Positions 26,261 to 41,915 of a stretch of DNA of 64,000 nucleotides are shown here, in pieces. This DNA comes from the human T2T-CHM13v2.0 reference genome, Homo sapiens. The stretch lies in the NCBI RefSeq assembly GCF_009914755.1, contig NC_060932.1; one strand, given 5' to 3'. Position 1 is the stretch's first letter. The number at the start of each line of letters is the position of its first letter. The position numbers and the translations under genes are program-made. The notes under the pieces are model-generated. The model searched no databases, had not been told where the DNA came from, and saw only the letters and a list, made by a program, of their open reading frames with translations.

Positions 26261-29200
26261 AGTGTGGGTGCCAGCCTTGCATCGTTATGAGCCAGGTCGG
26301 TGGCTCCCTCTAAAGAAAGGGGAAAGACATGATGGCTCCCAGGGGAGAGAAGTGCTTCTCCAACAACGCCTGGGAAGGAAGAACCTATTTGTTTGGTTTA
26401 AAAAGTTTGAACCTATTGTCGGTCAGTACTTAAAAGAATACAATAAAAGGAATTATTAAAAAACGTATTAGACACACAAAATACGAGCCAAGCGTTCTTG
26501 CACCTGGATATCACCACAAAGTCAAATCGCTCTAAGTTTCTAAATGCATACCCACCATGTCTGCCCTTACCCCACTTTGTGTAAGTAACAAACTGCCCAC
26601 AACTCACTGCTGGCTGCAATTCCTTTTGGAAGCACTGCTCTGAGGCCCTACCACTCATTCCAGGATTGCTCTGGCCTTAGAGATCAGACACATGGGGAGC
26701 CGTGTCCAGCGGGGAGCACCGAGGGGTCCTGCGAGCCACAACCCCAGTGATGGCGCCCTGTAAAGACCACGCATGCATGGACTGGCTGCCTGCAGCTGAG
26801 AGCCTTCTCAACAGTAAGGAGAAAAAACATGAGCATCTTTCCCACCCAGGAGTAAAGAGGCGTGCAGAGGGGAAGGAAAGAGAAGAATCCAGAGGGTAAC
26901 GAGAAGACAAAACTCCTAATCCAACCACAGCAGCCACCTCAGCCCTGCAGTAAGGACTTGGTAGATTTCCTGCTGAAGTCCATTTGAGCTCATGTGACTG
27001 TAGAATGTCGCTTACTGTGGTGTCTGGGTAAAGACAATCATAGAGACAGAACTATAACAGGACACAGAGCAACTTCTTTCAGGGAGATTTGCTATTCCTC
27101 TGCAACGAGCAGAGGAACAATCTTAAGAATAGCTCATCTCCTATTATCCTGCCCAAAGGTCCGTGGAGATGGTGACTCAGGGAAGCTGGTGAAGATTTGG
27201 AGTAGCAACTGTGAGGGCTGGACCTGACCAGGGGATGAGAGAAACCTTGAAAAGAGCATCAAAGACTGGACCAGGGAATGAGAAAAATATTGAGGAAATG
27301 AATCAAAGTCTCAGTTAATGCTGAGACTGTGAATTTGAAGTAACCTAAATCCACAGAAGTGAGCAAATTCTTCCGGAAGCTTCCAGTTGGTGCAGTGGAG
27401 GAGAGGAAGGTAGGTCGTTGCGTTGATCTGCAAGAGAGTGTATGAAGTGTGTCCCATGAGAATGGGGCTAGGCAGACAGCCACTGTAGAACCAGGAAGCA
27501 GGAGAAGGCATGGGAGCAAAATGGCTGAAAGGCTACCGGGCAGTCCTGTGGTGAAAGCAGGAGAGGAGAGAGCTGTAGGCATAGGAGAGTGTGGCCTGAG
27601 ACTGAATTCTTTGAGTTTAGGTTTCTAGAGCTGATCACATCTGGGTGATAAAGCCTGGGGAACAGATGGGGAGTGAATTGGTGAGTTGGAGTGTGGATGA
27701 AGGGTGTTGAGTTGAGGGGATCTGAGGCCAGGTTGTGGGATGGGTGCCACACAGACATAGGGCCATCAGGGAACAGTGGCATTTCTCAAGTGGACAGGGA
27801 GATTCTGCATGGCCAGGTGCCAAACTCCTCATGAACGAGGGAGCGAGTCCATGAGGTCCAAGGACGACAGCAGCAAGGAGCTGCCAATGGTGGTGGAAGC
27901 TGACAGTGGGCATGCCCTTTGAAGGAAGGAGGGGCTGTGCCCACGTGTAAGAATGATGGCCCGGCAGCGGCAGCTTGTGGAAAACCAGCCCATCCCTAGG
28001 AAGGCCTGCGGTGGCAGAATTCCCTTGAGAACAGCTAAGGAAGTGACGGTCCAGAGGCTGCACTGTCCTGGGCTGTGTCCAGGTGATGTGGAGCCCGCTG
28101 TAGTTCTTACTCAGTGCATAAATGCCCCGTGGCTGGGTTTACATACCGGTCCCAGGAACCAGGCCCCAGCAACAAGCTGTGGTTCCTCCTCTCACCTTTT
28201 TAGGACCTGCGTTGTCCCCTCCCTCCTGCATCCTCAGTCTCTCCCCATCACCGGCCACTTCCTGCTGCCTGCTCTGGCTACCATCTTGTTTCTTTCCTGC
28301 CTTGCACTGGCAAACTTCCCAAACAAAAGGTTTGTCATTCCTGCCTCTATTTCCCCACCACCTTCTCACCTATAGTCTCTCTCTCTTCTGCCCTCTCCTC
28401 TCGACTGAACAGCTCTCTTGAAGGCCACCAGGGCTCCCTGCACTGCCAAGAACTGGTGCCATTTCCCTTTTATTCTCCTGGGTGTCTCAGCAGCCATGGC
28501 TGGATTACCATTCCTGCACCCTGCGAACACAATTAGCCTGTTTTCACACTGCTTTGCTTGACTCTTCTCTCTCCATTCCCTTTTTGATGCTTCATTCTCT
28601 TTCTTATATCTTTAATAAAATCCCTTCTTGGGGCTATGCTGTTCTCTCTACCCAAAGCACAGTGTATTGATGAGATGCATGGAGGCCAATGCCAAACTGC
28701 CTAGACCCAAATTCTGGCTCTGCCACATACCAGCCAAATGACCCTGGGAAATTAGTTCTCATTTCCATGACTCGGTTTCCTCATATCGGAAGTGGTATAA
28801 TAATACCTACCTCCTAGGGTTTTTGAAACTCTAGACAGTGGCTGCTATATGGTAATTATGAAGCCTCTCTCCTTCCGAGCTCTCCCGTGTACCCCTCTAG
28901 CTCCAGCTAAGGCACATTTTAAGTCTTTATCAGACCATCCCATGAAATTAATTTCATTTGGAGTGAATTCATGTTCTCATTGCTGACTTTGTTGACTGTC
29001 TTTCTGTACATCATATTTGTCATGTGATTTTAAATGTTGGTTTCAGGCTCACCTAGAGTAGCGGGTTTGCTTTTGTTCTGTTTTCTCTCCCTCTCTATCT
29101 GCTACCCTCCCTGGGTAGTAGTTTTGTGGTGGCCCTCATGCAGTTTCCTAGTCAGAACCGAATCTCCTAGTGACATTTTTGGAGTTCTTCTTCTGCAAAT

Positions 29201-29439
29201 ATTTTGGGGGATATTCTAGACCCAGTCACCAGCCATGCGGCTGAATCTTTTTGTTCCCTCTTACTTATTATACCAATGTCTTCTTATAAACCAAATAATT
29301 TTTATAAGTTAGAATAAAGGTTATCAAACCCAGCAGTTATCAGCTGAAGTCCTGTTTCTTCATGCAGAGCCCAGAATATGAGTAGCACAAATGTATTTCA
29401 GATACTTTGTGTGTATTACACCAATGGCTTCCTATAAAC

Positions 29440-29655
29440 CAGGGTTTCTCAATCTCATCACTGCTGACATTTGGGGCTGGGTAATTCTTTGTCATGGAGA
29501 GGGCTGTCCTGTGTATTGCAGGGTATTTAGCAGTGTCCCTGGCCTCTATCCACTGGATGTTAGTAGCACTCCCCCCTCCAGCTGACACAACCAAAAATGT
29601 CTTCAACCATTGCCACGTGATCCTTGGGCAACCCCTGCTCCACCAGCAGAGATCT
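29440..29655. mobile_element. MER20 (hAT-Charlie) DNA element
   Basis: CAGGGTTTCTCAA...GACATTTGGGGCTGGGTAATTCTTTGT...TTTAGCAGTGTCCCTGGCCTCTA...ACAACCAAAAATGTCT. Confidence 0.85.
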
Positions 29656-31699
29656 AGTATCATAAAGCCATGCCCCCACACAGGGGTCAGCATTCCCTTT
29701 TACAGCTTCTGTGTCTTAAAGGTGTGGAGGAGCCCAGCCAGCCTGTGGTCTCAGTCCTACTCACTGCTTTGTGTTTTTCTTCTAATTTTGGGCAATAGAG
29801 ATGTTTGCCTTTTGGGGAGTGTAGGGGGAAACCCTAGTTATATCTTTTTATTGTTCCTTTGTTTCATTTGGTCCCTCATGGCTATGAAATCGGAGCAGAG
29901 GGTATAAATTCATGCACAGATATTCTGCTTCATCTGGATCAAAATGCCCTCTCCTTTTCATCCTTCAGGAGTGATGTCCTCCTTCCCATCATGATAGTCT
30001 TTCTAGCTTTGGAATATTTATAGCACTTACTGTCAATAATAGTCACTTTGCATATTCTGCTTTCAGCCACTTGGAAGGGTTGTCAAAGTCTAGGATTGGT
30101 ATTTTACTTTAACTGGCTTATCTTTTGTGGCTACAATTTGATGTTGGCTTCTCTGAGGTTTCTTTGCATATTCAGTAGTGGCTAAGAGGGCAGGTGGAAC
30201 ATAGTAGGTATTTGGGAAACATTGAGCCATGAATCTCTTGTTGGTTGGTACAAAGACCTCTGAGGCTCAGGTTCAAAAGTTCTAGCTACCGTCTTGCAGC
30301 TTTGAATCATTGAAGTAGGTTTTCTGTAGTACAAAGGCTATTTGACTATGCAACTCACAAAATCAGAGATGTTACACTTGGTCATTCTTCGAGGTAAGGG
30401 AGCCCTGGGTGCTGATTGCCTGGGGACAGTTGCGGTTTACTCCTGTCTTCCAGATGAAATTGATAATGTCTTGTTTCACTCCCCAAAGTGCCTTGGTTTA
30501 GCTGATAAAATATGCGGTAACCCCACTTTGAGGCCACTAAGTATACTCTCCTTTATAAGTGTGGACATTGAACAAATTATATTTTCCCTTTACTTACAAT
30601 GTTTCCCCACATTCCCCTGGGGAAAAGAAGCTAGTGAAATGTTTTATTGCAACTCTGTGCTTATTCATGGATTTGGATGAACTGGCATTTACTGAATAGC
30701 AATGACTGCTGTACACTTTGCAGGTAGGTGCTCACTACATGTGAACCAAACGTACATCATCTGAAATGCCTTTGCGCTACTCGTATTCTGTGCTCTGCAT
30801 GAAGCATCTGGACTTTGGCTGATCACTACTGTGTTTGACGATGCTTATGCTAACTTATTAAAATTACCTGGGCAAGCCTATCTTTCACCTACAGTGTGAT
30901 CTGCACCCCAGAGCCAACATCCACACACATCTGATCACTGGGACTGACCTGCTGTGTCTGTCAGCCAGAAGCAAGGCTTAAGTGATTTCATTTGTGGAAC
31001 TGATCAGTTCAATGCGGACTACACATACACTAAATCTTCGCCTCTTGATGGCAACACACCCTGAGTCCCCATGACTTCCACAGGCTGCCCTTCCACCTAG
31101 TTAATTTCCAGGGAGGAAACTGCCAGGCTGGAGGTCACAGTTTGTCCCCTGCCTCCAGGCAGCCCTGCACTTAAACAAGTGTATTCTAAACAAACAAAAA
31201 ACAAATTTCCAGCCCTCCGAGAGAGTTGATTTGAACATTCCAGGCTCCTGTGGCTCCCCATAGGCACTGCCAACCTAAAACCAAAATGATCCATTTTGTC
31301 TGAAATGAAGAAGGAGGACCCTTCGAGGGGAAGCTGCTGTTCGGCTTTGGTGGAGAAAATGGCTGAGGACGGGTTGACTTCTCAGCTGCTTCTTTCGGGC
31401 CTCCACGTGCTGCCTCCTGCCCGATGCAATACCATCATGTTTCCTTCTCTGCTTTCTTCCGGGAGATGGAAAACAGTTCCCCACCTTTCCCCTGGTGTCC
31501 CCCACTCAGGACCTGGTGTTCCTGCCCAGTACCACGGTGGGCGGGGCGCTCCCCCAATCCTGCAGGCCTGTCATGGCCCACCCAGACAACTGGAACAGGG
31601 TGGGAGCTGCTGGTGCTCAGAGGGCTCCCCTGCAAGCCCCCAGGCTGTGTTTAACAGTCTTGACAAGTGTACCCTTGGGCAGAGGGCCAGGAACAATCC

Positions 31700-31840
31700 G
31701 TGTAACCCCATTAAGCTAATTATCCTCTCTGCAGATGGCCTCCCGCACTAATCCTCTTGGGTTTGCCATAATCCAGCTCCCTCTGGGGAGAGTGGCCAGG
31801 GTGGCAGGTCTCTGTGCAAATGGACCATCTGTTGGAGCTC
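31700..31840 (+). promoter_or_regulatory. RP1L1: RP1L1 proximal promoter with photoreceptor TF motifs
   Basis: TAAGCT 31712, TAATTA 31717, CTAATCC 31748 and TAATCC 31769 (CRX/OTX2 and Q50 homeodomain types); NeuroD-type E-boxes CAGATGG 31732 and CCATCTG 31825. Confidence 0.7.
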
Positions 31841-31842
31841 AG

Positions 31843-32061
31843 GAGGCTGGGCTCCTGCCCAAGGGACTGGGGCCTCAGGCTCTCAGGCCAAGGAGAGTGG
31901 CCCCGAGGACTGTCCGGAGGAGGGTGGCCAGCCCTGCTGCCCAGAGGGACTGAGCCAGTGGCAGGGAAGGAGGCGGTGTTCCCCCTGGCCTGACTTTCCT
32001 CCAAAGGACGTCCCCCTGAGGCTTAGGGGCTGAGCCATGCCCTTGTGCTCCCTGGAGGACG
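31843..32061 (+). other. RP1L1: RP1L1 non-coding exon 1 (TSS approximate)
   Basis: Strong donor GACG|gtgagt at 32061/32062 downstream of the CRX-motif cluster; consistent with the recalled RP1L1 5'UTR and ~32 kb first intron. Confidence 0.78.
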
Positions 32062-33285
32062 GTGAGTCAGCAGCTGCCTATGTCCCGCAGGGTCAGCCAG
32101 CCACCTGAGGGGCAGAGAGTCTTGGCTCTGGGAAGTCACAGCAAGTGGGGAGGCGTTTCAGCCTGAGAGCCTGGGAGGGATGTCTTGAACAGGATGCTTG
32201 CGGTGACGCAGGATCGGTTCTCTTCTGCAAGGCCTGCTGGGCTGTTTGGGAGCAGATCATGTTTAAACACGACACAGTGGAGTTTCAGGTTTCTGCTCGT
32301 TGATTTACAGGATGTTAGTATCACAGCCTGTCTGTTTCTCCCACCTGGACCTGGAGGGTGAGCAATGCAGTCGCTGGAGTCAGAGAGGGAGAAATCCCTC
32401 CTGAGGATTTCTTGGGGCTCTTGGAGAGGAGGGAGAGGTGGGCAGCTGCCCCTTGATTCCTGCAGGGTGAGGTCAGCTGGGGTGGGAGCAGATTCTGGGG
32501 AGGTGTCCAATTTGCTTCTTAGAGGACCGAGACTTCAAGAATCTCTGAAGACCCAGGGCAAATAGAGAGAGTGGTAAGGAAGGGGCATAGAAGGTCCCTA
32601 TCAATGAGGTCATTGAATTTTCTCTACCCAGCTTCAAGGCTGGCATCCTGGGCCCATTTGTGCAGAAGAGACTGAGGCCCGGACAGATGAAGTCATGGAA
32701 GGGCCACAAAATCAAACTGGGGTCTGCTCTCTTTATGGTAATGACATCCCCCCAGCGGCCAATCAAGTGCCAGTCTCCCGTCCCAGTTTTCTGGTGGAGA
32801 AAACGAGGCTTAGGGGAGATCAGTGGTTCCAACGGCAAGTGAGCAGAGATCCATGGCCCAGACCTCAGACGAGGTCCAGCGCGGCTGCAGCTAACTGTCC
32901 CTGTGCCTCAGATCTGTACTTCCCCATGGGACCATGCCCCACAGCCAGCTCATCCCCCTGCCCCAGGCTCCCTCCCCAGCTGCTGCACAGTGAAGGGAAA
33001 AGGAGCAAAGACACTGCCTCAGGGTGGAAGCTTGGAGGAGGTCGCGGGAAGGCACCAGGACTCCTTCCCTGGGGGAGGTGCACAGCCCAGAAATGCATCT
33101 CAGACAGTGAGAACACACCTTCAAGATGTGCACTCCACATCGTTCTTTATTTACCCTCTCGGTTATATAAACATCTTCCAGAAATCCTCTTACAAATTAT
33201 AGTGACCTCAGACAGGCCTGCTGCTCTCTTCTAACAGGAGGGGACGAGGAGAGCTGGTTGCCGTTTTCTGAACCTCTGTGTTTAA

Positions 33286-33459
33286 TGTGTGTGTGTGTGT
33301 ATGCGTGTGTGGGTGTGCACATGAGTGTGTATGTTTGTACAGGTGTGTGTGCGCACATGTGATGTGGGTGTGGGTGTGTGCACATGAGTGTGCATGTGTA
33401 TACAGGTGGGTGTGCATGTGACGTGTGTGTGCATGTGATGCATGTGTTAGTTTACGAGT

Positions 33460-33500
<41 letters not shown>
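33286..33500. repeat. (TG)n-rich microsatellite
   Basis: Visible. Confidence 0.95.
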
Positions 33501-33502
<2 letters not shown>

Positions 33503-34753
33503 GGAGGGAGACACCTGGTGTTTTGGAGGGATCCCTGGACCTGCAGTCACGAAGTGTAGACTGTGGCTGGCAACATAGTTCTCTGCTCCTCTGCTCCTGG
33601 GTTTTGGTCTCTTAGGTGGAAATCAAGGGGTCTGGACTAAACAAGCCTTCGGTTCTTTCCAGCTCGATGGCCTGTGCATGCAGTGTTCAACAGCTTTCTC
33701 AGCTCCAAGTTAAATAACCCGTCCCTGTAACCTTTCCCTGTAAAACGCATTTTCCAATCCTTTAATCATCTTGGTTACTTTCCTGTGAACTCCCTCCAAG
33801 AGACCTGTGTCATTGAATAAGTATGTCATATAAATTAGTCAGTAAATCAATCTGTCAACAATATCTCTTGAGCAACCACTCTGTGGCTTGCTGGAGGTGC
33901 TGGGCTGATACAACCCAGCCACACAGGGACAGAAAGAGTTTTCACCCTGCCTCAGACCCGGAGTTGATTTGTCTAACAGTGGCCTGAGGCACTGGGCACC
34001 CACTGGGATGTCATCGATCCCCAAAGACCGAGCCTTCCTCCAACATTAATGTCTGAAAATACTTTAGGTAACATTAGCTAGGCACCTGCTCTGTTCAGAG
34101 CTCCACTAGGCACTGTGATAGTTACAAAAGTGAGCATGATGACCTCCAGGAAGGGCAGGTACGCACAGAGGACGGGAGGAGATAGGGAATCAGGGGGGAC
34201 GTGGGCTCAGAGTGGAGAGCCGGCCAGCCTCAGGCTGCAGATGGAATCTTGGTGTTCAGATGTGGGCTACTTTGAAAGGTTTTTTTTTTTCTTCAATACA
34301 GAAGGATCAATTGTAAAATGAAGTAGCCAAAAGCATTGAATTTGGAGGAAACAAGACTTTCGTTCAAAGAGTGATTTCACCACTCACTAGCTACGTGAAC
34401 CTTGGGCGAGTCATTGAAGCTTTCCAAGCCCCAGATTCTTTAAGATACTGCGGGGCTGGTTATACCCAGCAGGAAGGAATATTAGAGTTAGATGACATTG
34501 CATTTGTCAAGTGTCTGGTGCATAGCAGGAGATCTACATGTATAATCTGCTTTCTCTCCACCACTCATGATGGATCAGTTTCTGAGGAGGCCCCCAACCC
34601 TTCTGGATGGATATCTATATTGTCAGCCTTACTGTTAGCTGGGGCCCTAAGTTCTATGAGTCCACTCTGTGACGTGTATCATATTACAGTCCCTGCTTCT
34701 TGATCCTAAAATCATTTCCTTCAACCCTGAAGGGCAGTCTTTTATTTATAGTG

Positions 34754-35514
<761 letters not shown>

Positions 35515-35644
35515 CGAGCATAGCTTTTATTTCTATTTTTTAGTTTAGCATCAATTTGCTGTACTAGAAAGAGCACTTGGTCCTTGACCAAGGCCCCAGA
35601 TTCACCTGGCAAGGTCATTTCAGACAAATCAGAGAGAGAGCGCT

Positions 35645-35795
35645 GCAGCACTCCTCAAATGTGTGAGCAGAATCACCTGGAGGTTTTGGTAAAACACAGA
35701 TTGCTGGGCTCCACCCCCAGGTAATTTGCATTTGTAAGACGTTCCCAGGCCAGGCTCAGACTGCAGGCCCAAGACCTACACTGTGAGAACCTCTG
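35645..35795. mobile_element. MER5A-like hAT element
   Basis: CAGAATCACCTGGAGG...TAAAACACAGATTGCTGGGCTCCACCCC...AATTTGCATTT...TGAGAACC. Confidence 0.75.
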
Positions 35796-36094
35796 GTATG
35801 GGAAGAACAGCCTTGGAGTTTAGTGGAGCTTGGCAGAGTCAGTTGCCCCTTCTGAGCCTGCTTCCTGATTTATCAACCTTTACCTTACAGACTAGATCTC
35901 AAGGTAATAATCAGACAAATTATCCCAGAGCACTTTGCAAACCATAAAACACTACAGCTATTAGCAGCTTAGTGTTCCCTTTTAGCTTTCACTTGCTCAC
36001 TTATCAAACGGGGATAATAATGGCAATTTTAACAAAGATTAAGTAAGATGTTCTACATAAAAACACTTTGCGAAGTGTAAAGAACTACAGAGTC

Positions 36095-36407
36095 AGCTGA
36101 GTGTGGTGGCTCATGCCTGTAATCCCAGCACTTTGGGAGGCCGAGGCAGGTGGATCACCTGAGGTCAGGAGTTCGAGAATAGCCTGGCCAACATGGCAAA
36201 ACCATGTCTCCACTAAAAATACAAAAAAAAAATTAGCCAGTTGCGGTGGCACACACCTGTAGTTGCAGCTACTCGGGAGGCTGAGGCAGAAGAAGAATCA
36301 CTTGAACCCTGGGTGGCAGAGGTTAGCAGTGAGCTGAGATCGCACCACTGCACTCCAGCCTGGACGACAGAGCGAGACTCCCTCTCAATTAAAAAAAAAA
36401 AAAAAAA
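36095..36407 (+). mobile_element. AluS, full length
   Basis: Alu dimer with poly-A; TSD AAGAACTAC(A/G)GAGTC. Confidence 0.95.
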
Positions 36408-37164
36408 GAACTACGGAGTCTTGCTCTTATGACTTCCCTGAGCCTCAGTTTCTGCATCCCGAATGTGACAGGATGGCCAGTGTACCAGCCTTGGTCACGT
36501 GACAGCTCATTATCATAGATGTGGATAACGCAAGTTTGCATTTAACACCCTGGCTGATGCCGCTCTGTGTCTTGTTGGCCCCTTTGGTCGAAGCTGTATT
36601 TTGGGAGACTATTAGCAGCTAGGATGCTTCTGCCTATGGGAAACAAAATTCCCAGCTAAAAGTGGCTTGAAGAATGTGGGGTTTGTTTTCCTGTCTAGTA
36701 AGAAGTCCAGAGGCAGGGAAATTTGGGGTTGATTAACTCACTGGCTTCATGAGTAGAGACTCTGGGATTCTCTTGGCTTTCTCCTCATGATCACGTGGTG
36801 GTTGCAGCAGCACCCAGCTTTCCATACACACGTGACAATCCCCAGAAGCAAGAAGAGATGAGTCTCAAATTCGTGTTTCTCTTGGATGAAAACACTTTCT
36901 CAGAATCCTCTCATTGGCCAGGGTTGGATCACGTGCCCTACAACCAGGGAAATGGAACTGCATAATTGACTTAGGCCAGCTCATATTCAACTCCTGTGGC
37001 TGGGAGAGGCCCAGCAACTGCAGGCCGCCCAAACAGACCTGTGACAGCAAGCAAGAGGTGGGGCAGGGGCGGCTGAAGGGGAGGCAGCCAACAGTATCGG
37101 CCGCATCCACTATCTCTTTCCAGGAAGACTCATGGGCTTCAGGGAATTGCTTGCACATCTGTAA

Positions 37165-37374
<210 letters not shown>

Positions 37375-38629
37375 TAAATAGGTATTTGTGAGCCTTCCCA
37401 AGAGAACACTGAGCTCTCTGGGAGCCAGGGACAGCAACCCACCATCGAGCAGCCTCCTGTCCTGGCTGGGGCAGGCTGTGGTCTACTGGGTCAGAGTGAG
37501 ACCACAGCGGGTGGGACTCAGCTAGCCATGGGTATTTCTCAGGCAAAGCCCTTGATCCTGAGGATTCACAAATGAAGGTTGAAGGCTTGCTATCGTGTGC
37601 TGTGTTTCCTCCTAAATTGAACATAGTCCTAGTCCCTAGAGTAGGCTCCCGACACATGCCTGAGTGCCTAAGAAACTGTAATGGCCATGAGTACAAGAGT
37701 TTGGTCAGCAAGTGGATGAGGAGAATGAAGAAGGACTTGAGAGTAGAATCGGTTTTGCTGGAAGAAAGTTGTGTCTGTGGGTTGTTTGAATCTCACGCTT
37801 CCTCCTCTGTGAAAGCTTTGCGAATCCACTGGAGTGGTGAATCCGGGAATTTTCTAAGGAAGGGAAAACCCCTACAAGGCTTTTATTCCACAGAGAAGTC
37901 TCCCATCTGGGCTCAGGCATGGCGCTGCAGCTCCGCATGAAAGTAGGGCTGGGAGGCGAGGGCCTACACCCTCACTGCCCTGGCCCCTCCTGCCTGGGCA
38001 GTGGATGTCCCTGGCCCTGAAGCGTCCTCGCAGCTCCTGTGAAGCATCATGGGAAAGCCGTGAGGATGAGACCATCAGGGCTTCTCTAGCCATGGTATGT
38101 GCAGGATAGAGGAAGATAAATGCTGGGAACGGGGAACATTATGTCTGATTCCCCTGGGTGTGTGGTGTCTGTCAATCCAAGAGATTTCCCAGCCAAAGCG
38201 ATTACTGTAAGTTCTCTGTCAGGGTCTTAAGCCCACATAAAAGTCAGAGAATGGCAAGGCCAACTGGATCTCATTGCCTTTCGGTTGGAAGCTCCCATTT
38301 TACTGGCAAAGACGTGGGGGTGACTTCGAAGGAGACAGGGAACCTAGGGCCTTGGATAGCACATTCCCAGACCTGCCCCATTGTTCCTCGTGATGTTTAT
38401 TTTAAAAGCTTGGAAACGCATAACAGATCCGTGCTGGAACACACACTGCAACTACTGGGTTTCAGAGCTGTGGGTCTCAAGCCTACTTGTGTGTCAGACT
38501 TGCCTAGGACACTTTATAAACAGAGCAGCTCTAGGGGGACGCTGGGAATCTAAACTGAAAAACAATAGCAGCCATTAGAATAGGTACTATTAAAAAAACA
38601 AACAAACAAACAAAAAAACCCAGAAAATT

Positions 38630-39645
<1,016 letters not shown>

Positions 39646-41604
39646 ACAAACAGTAGAGCGACAACCATAGCAGGCTCAGCTGTCACAGATATGTCCCCTG
39701 GGAAGGAGGTCAGAGGGCGGACATTCGTTAGGATTTGTACTTGGTTGCCTTGTAACCAGTCTCCGTTATAGGGAGGCCCTGGAGCAGGCTGGACGGGCTA
39801 GAAGCTGGGCTGCCGTGGCGCCTCAGTGGAAACGCAGCCACTTTTACAGGGAGTTCTGAAGGCGGGACAGCTCTTTCCTGCTGCCCCAGCCTGGGGCCCG
39901 GATGAGGATGCGTGGCCTTTATAGCCCCTCGTGGATCTCTGCTGGTCAGGCACTGCCTTGCCAGGGGTTCCGCCTCGGGCGAGGCTTTCTTCCACTGGAG
40001 CGACCCCCAAGGAAGCTGACAACTGAGGGGGGGAGGTTGGCATTTGAGAAAAGTGACTGCAAGTGCCTAAGAGCTGGGGACACACAATAGGCCTTTAATA
40101 CCCATCTTTGTTTAATCTTCACTGTGATCTTCATAGCCTCTCCGCGGAAAGCAGTATTATCCTTGTTTTGTAAGGAGGGCGTGGAGCAGATAAGTCAGTG
40201 GCCTAAAGTCACGTAGCTAGTAGGTGGTTGAGCTGGTTTACAGCTGTCCTCGGTGCTTGTGTGCCACCCGTGGGTGTGGGCAGGAGAGGCCCTTCCTAGG
40301 CCCTGGACTTTAGAGGGGCTGGCTCGGTCCCCTCCGTCCACACCACTTCCTAGGGGACAGGGAGTCCAGAGGGCCAAGCGGAAGTGTTATCCTCTGCTCT
40401 GTCTGGAGCCCACACTGGGGACCTGGAATTCCCTGGGTGTTTCTAGGGCCTGCGTCACCTTTTCTCTGGCTCCATCCTCTCGTGGGCTCCAATAACGGGC
40501 AAAATCCTAAAGACCCATTAGCATTTAGGATGCCTAAACGGCTCCTAAATGAAAGGCGAGGTCTTAGGAGAGCATACAAGGCTCCCAGCGATTCAGAAAA
40601 CCAGCCCTGGTGTCTGCTTCTGGGTTGAAACTCCAGCTCCCTCCCTAGAGCTGCATGACTCTAGGTAGTTTAAACCTCTGAGCCTCCACGTCCTCCACCA
40701 TAAAATGGAGATAGAATAGCGTCTTCTTCAGGAGTGTGTGGTGACAAAGTTGGCATGGGGATGCCAGGTCCTCGGCACAGCAGGCTCTCTCGGCAGCCCC
40801 GTGGGGGATGCCCTCCTGCAGGTCCTGCAGCACCTTCTGCCCTTCCCAGTGCAGCCTGGTTCTTGCCTGTCCCCCCAGCTTAGACTCTAAGTTTGGAAGT
40901 GCAGGGACGGCTTCTATCTTGTTCTTTTGGTGACCAGCGGGAGGCTCAGTCTGCCCGTCCTGAGGGAAGGAATGGAGAGGGCAGGGCTGCCTGCAGGGGG
41001 TTGAAGGGATGAGGCTTTCTGTGTAGGGCCCAGACAAGAGGGAAGAGGAGAAAGGCCAGGTGCAGCAAGTGCTCCCAGCCGCCAGGGCCATGCTTGTCAT
41101 GCCATGTGGAGCCTGGTGCAGGGTTCAGAGGTCCCTGGTGGCCAATAGGTGAGCGTGTCCTTCTGCCTGGTCTAATTGACTCTGGGGGGCTGGACTCGCT
41201 TGCACTGGTGCCATCACTCGCAGGTGTCCGTTTGCTTGGTTGAGGACCTGAAGGCCCAGGGAAGCCCAATGCTCGCAGCCTCGCGACTCCTTCCCTTCCC
41301 AGAGGGCTTTGCTCCTGGCAGGACGTGCCCATGGCAGTGATTCCGCAGACTGGCTGTGCTTCCGAGTTACCTGGGGTTCTTGCTAACAGACTTCCCATCC
41401 TCCCTCCGAGGGCTGGACTCTGCTCTACAAAGTGATATTGGACATCTGTGATGTGGACCAAAGCCCCTGGTGAGTAGGATCTATTTGGTGTTGAAGACTG
41501 ACGTCTGGACACCACTAATTTAGAAGGGAGTCATTAAAATTAATTTAAATTTTTACCTTTTCCTTATGTGTCCCTCATTCTTTCCAAAATTTGAAGCATT
41601 ATAG

Positions 41605-41915
<311 letters not shown>

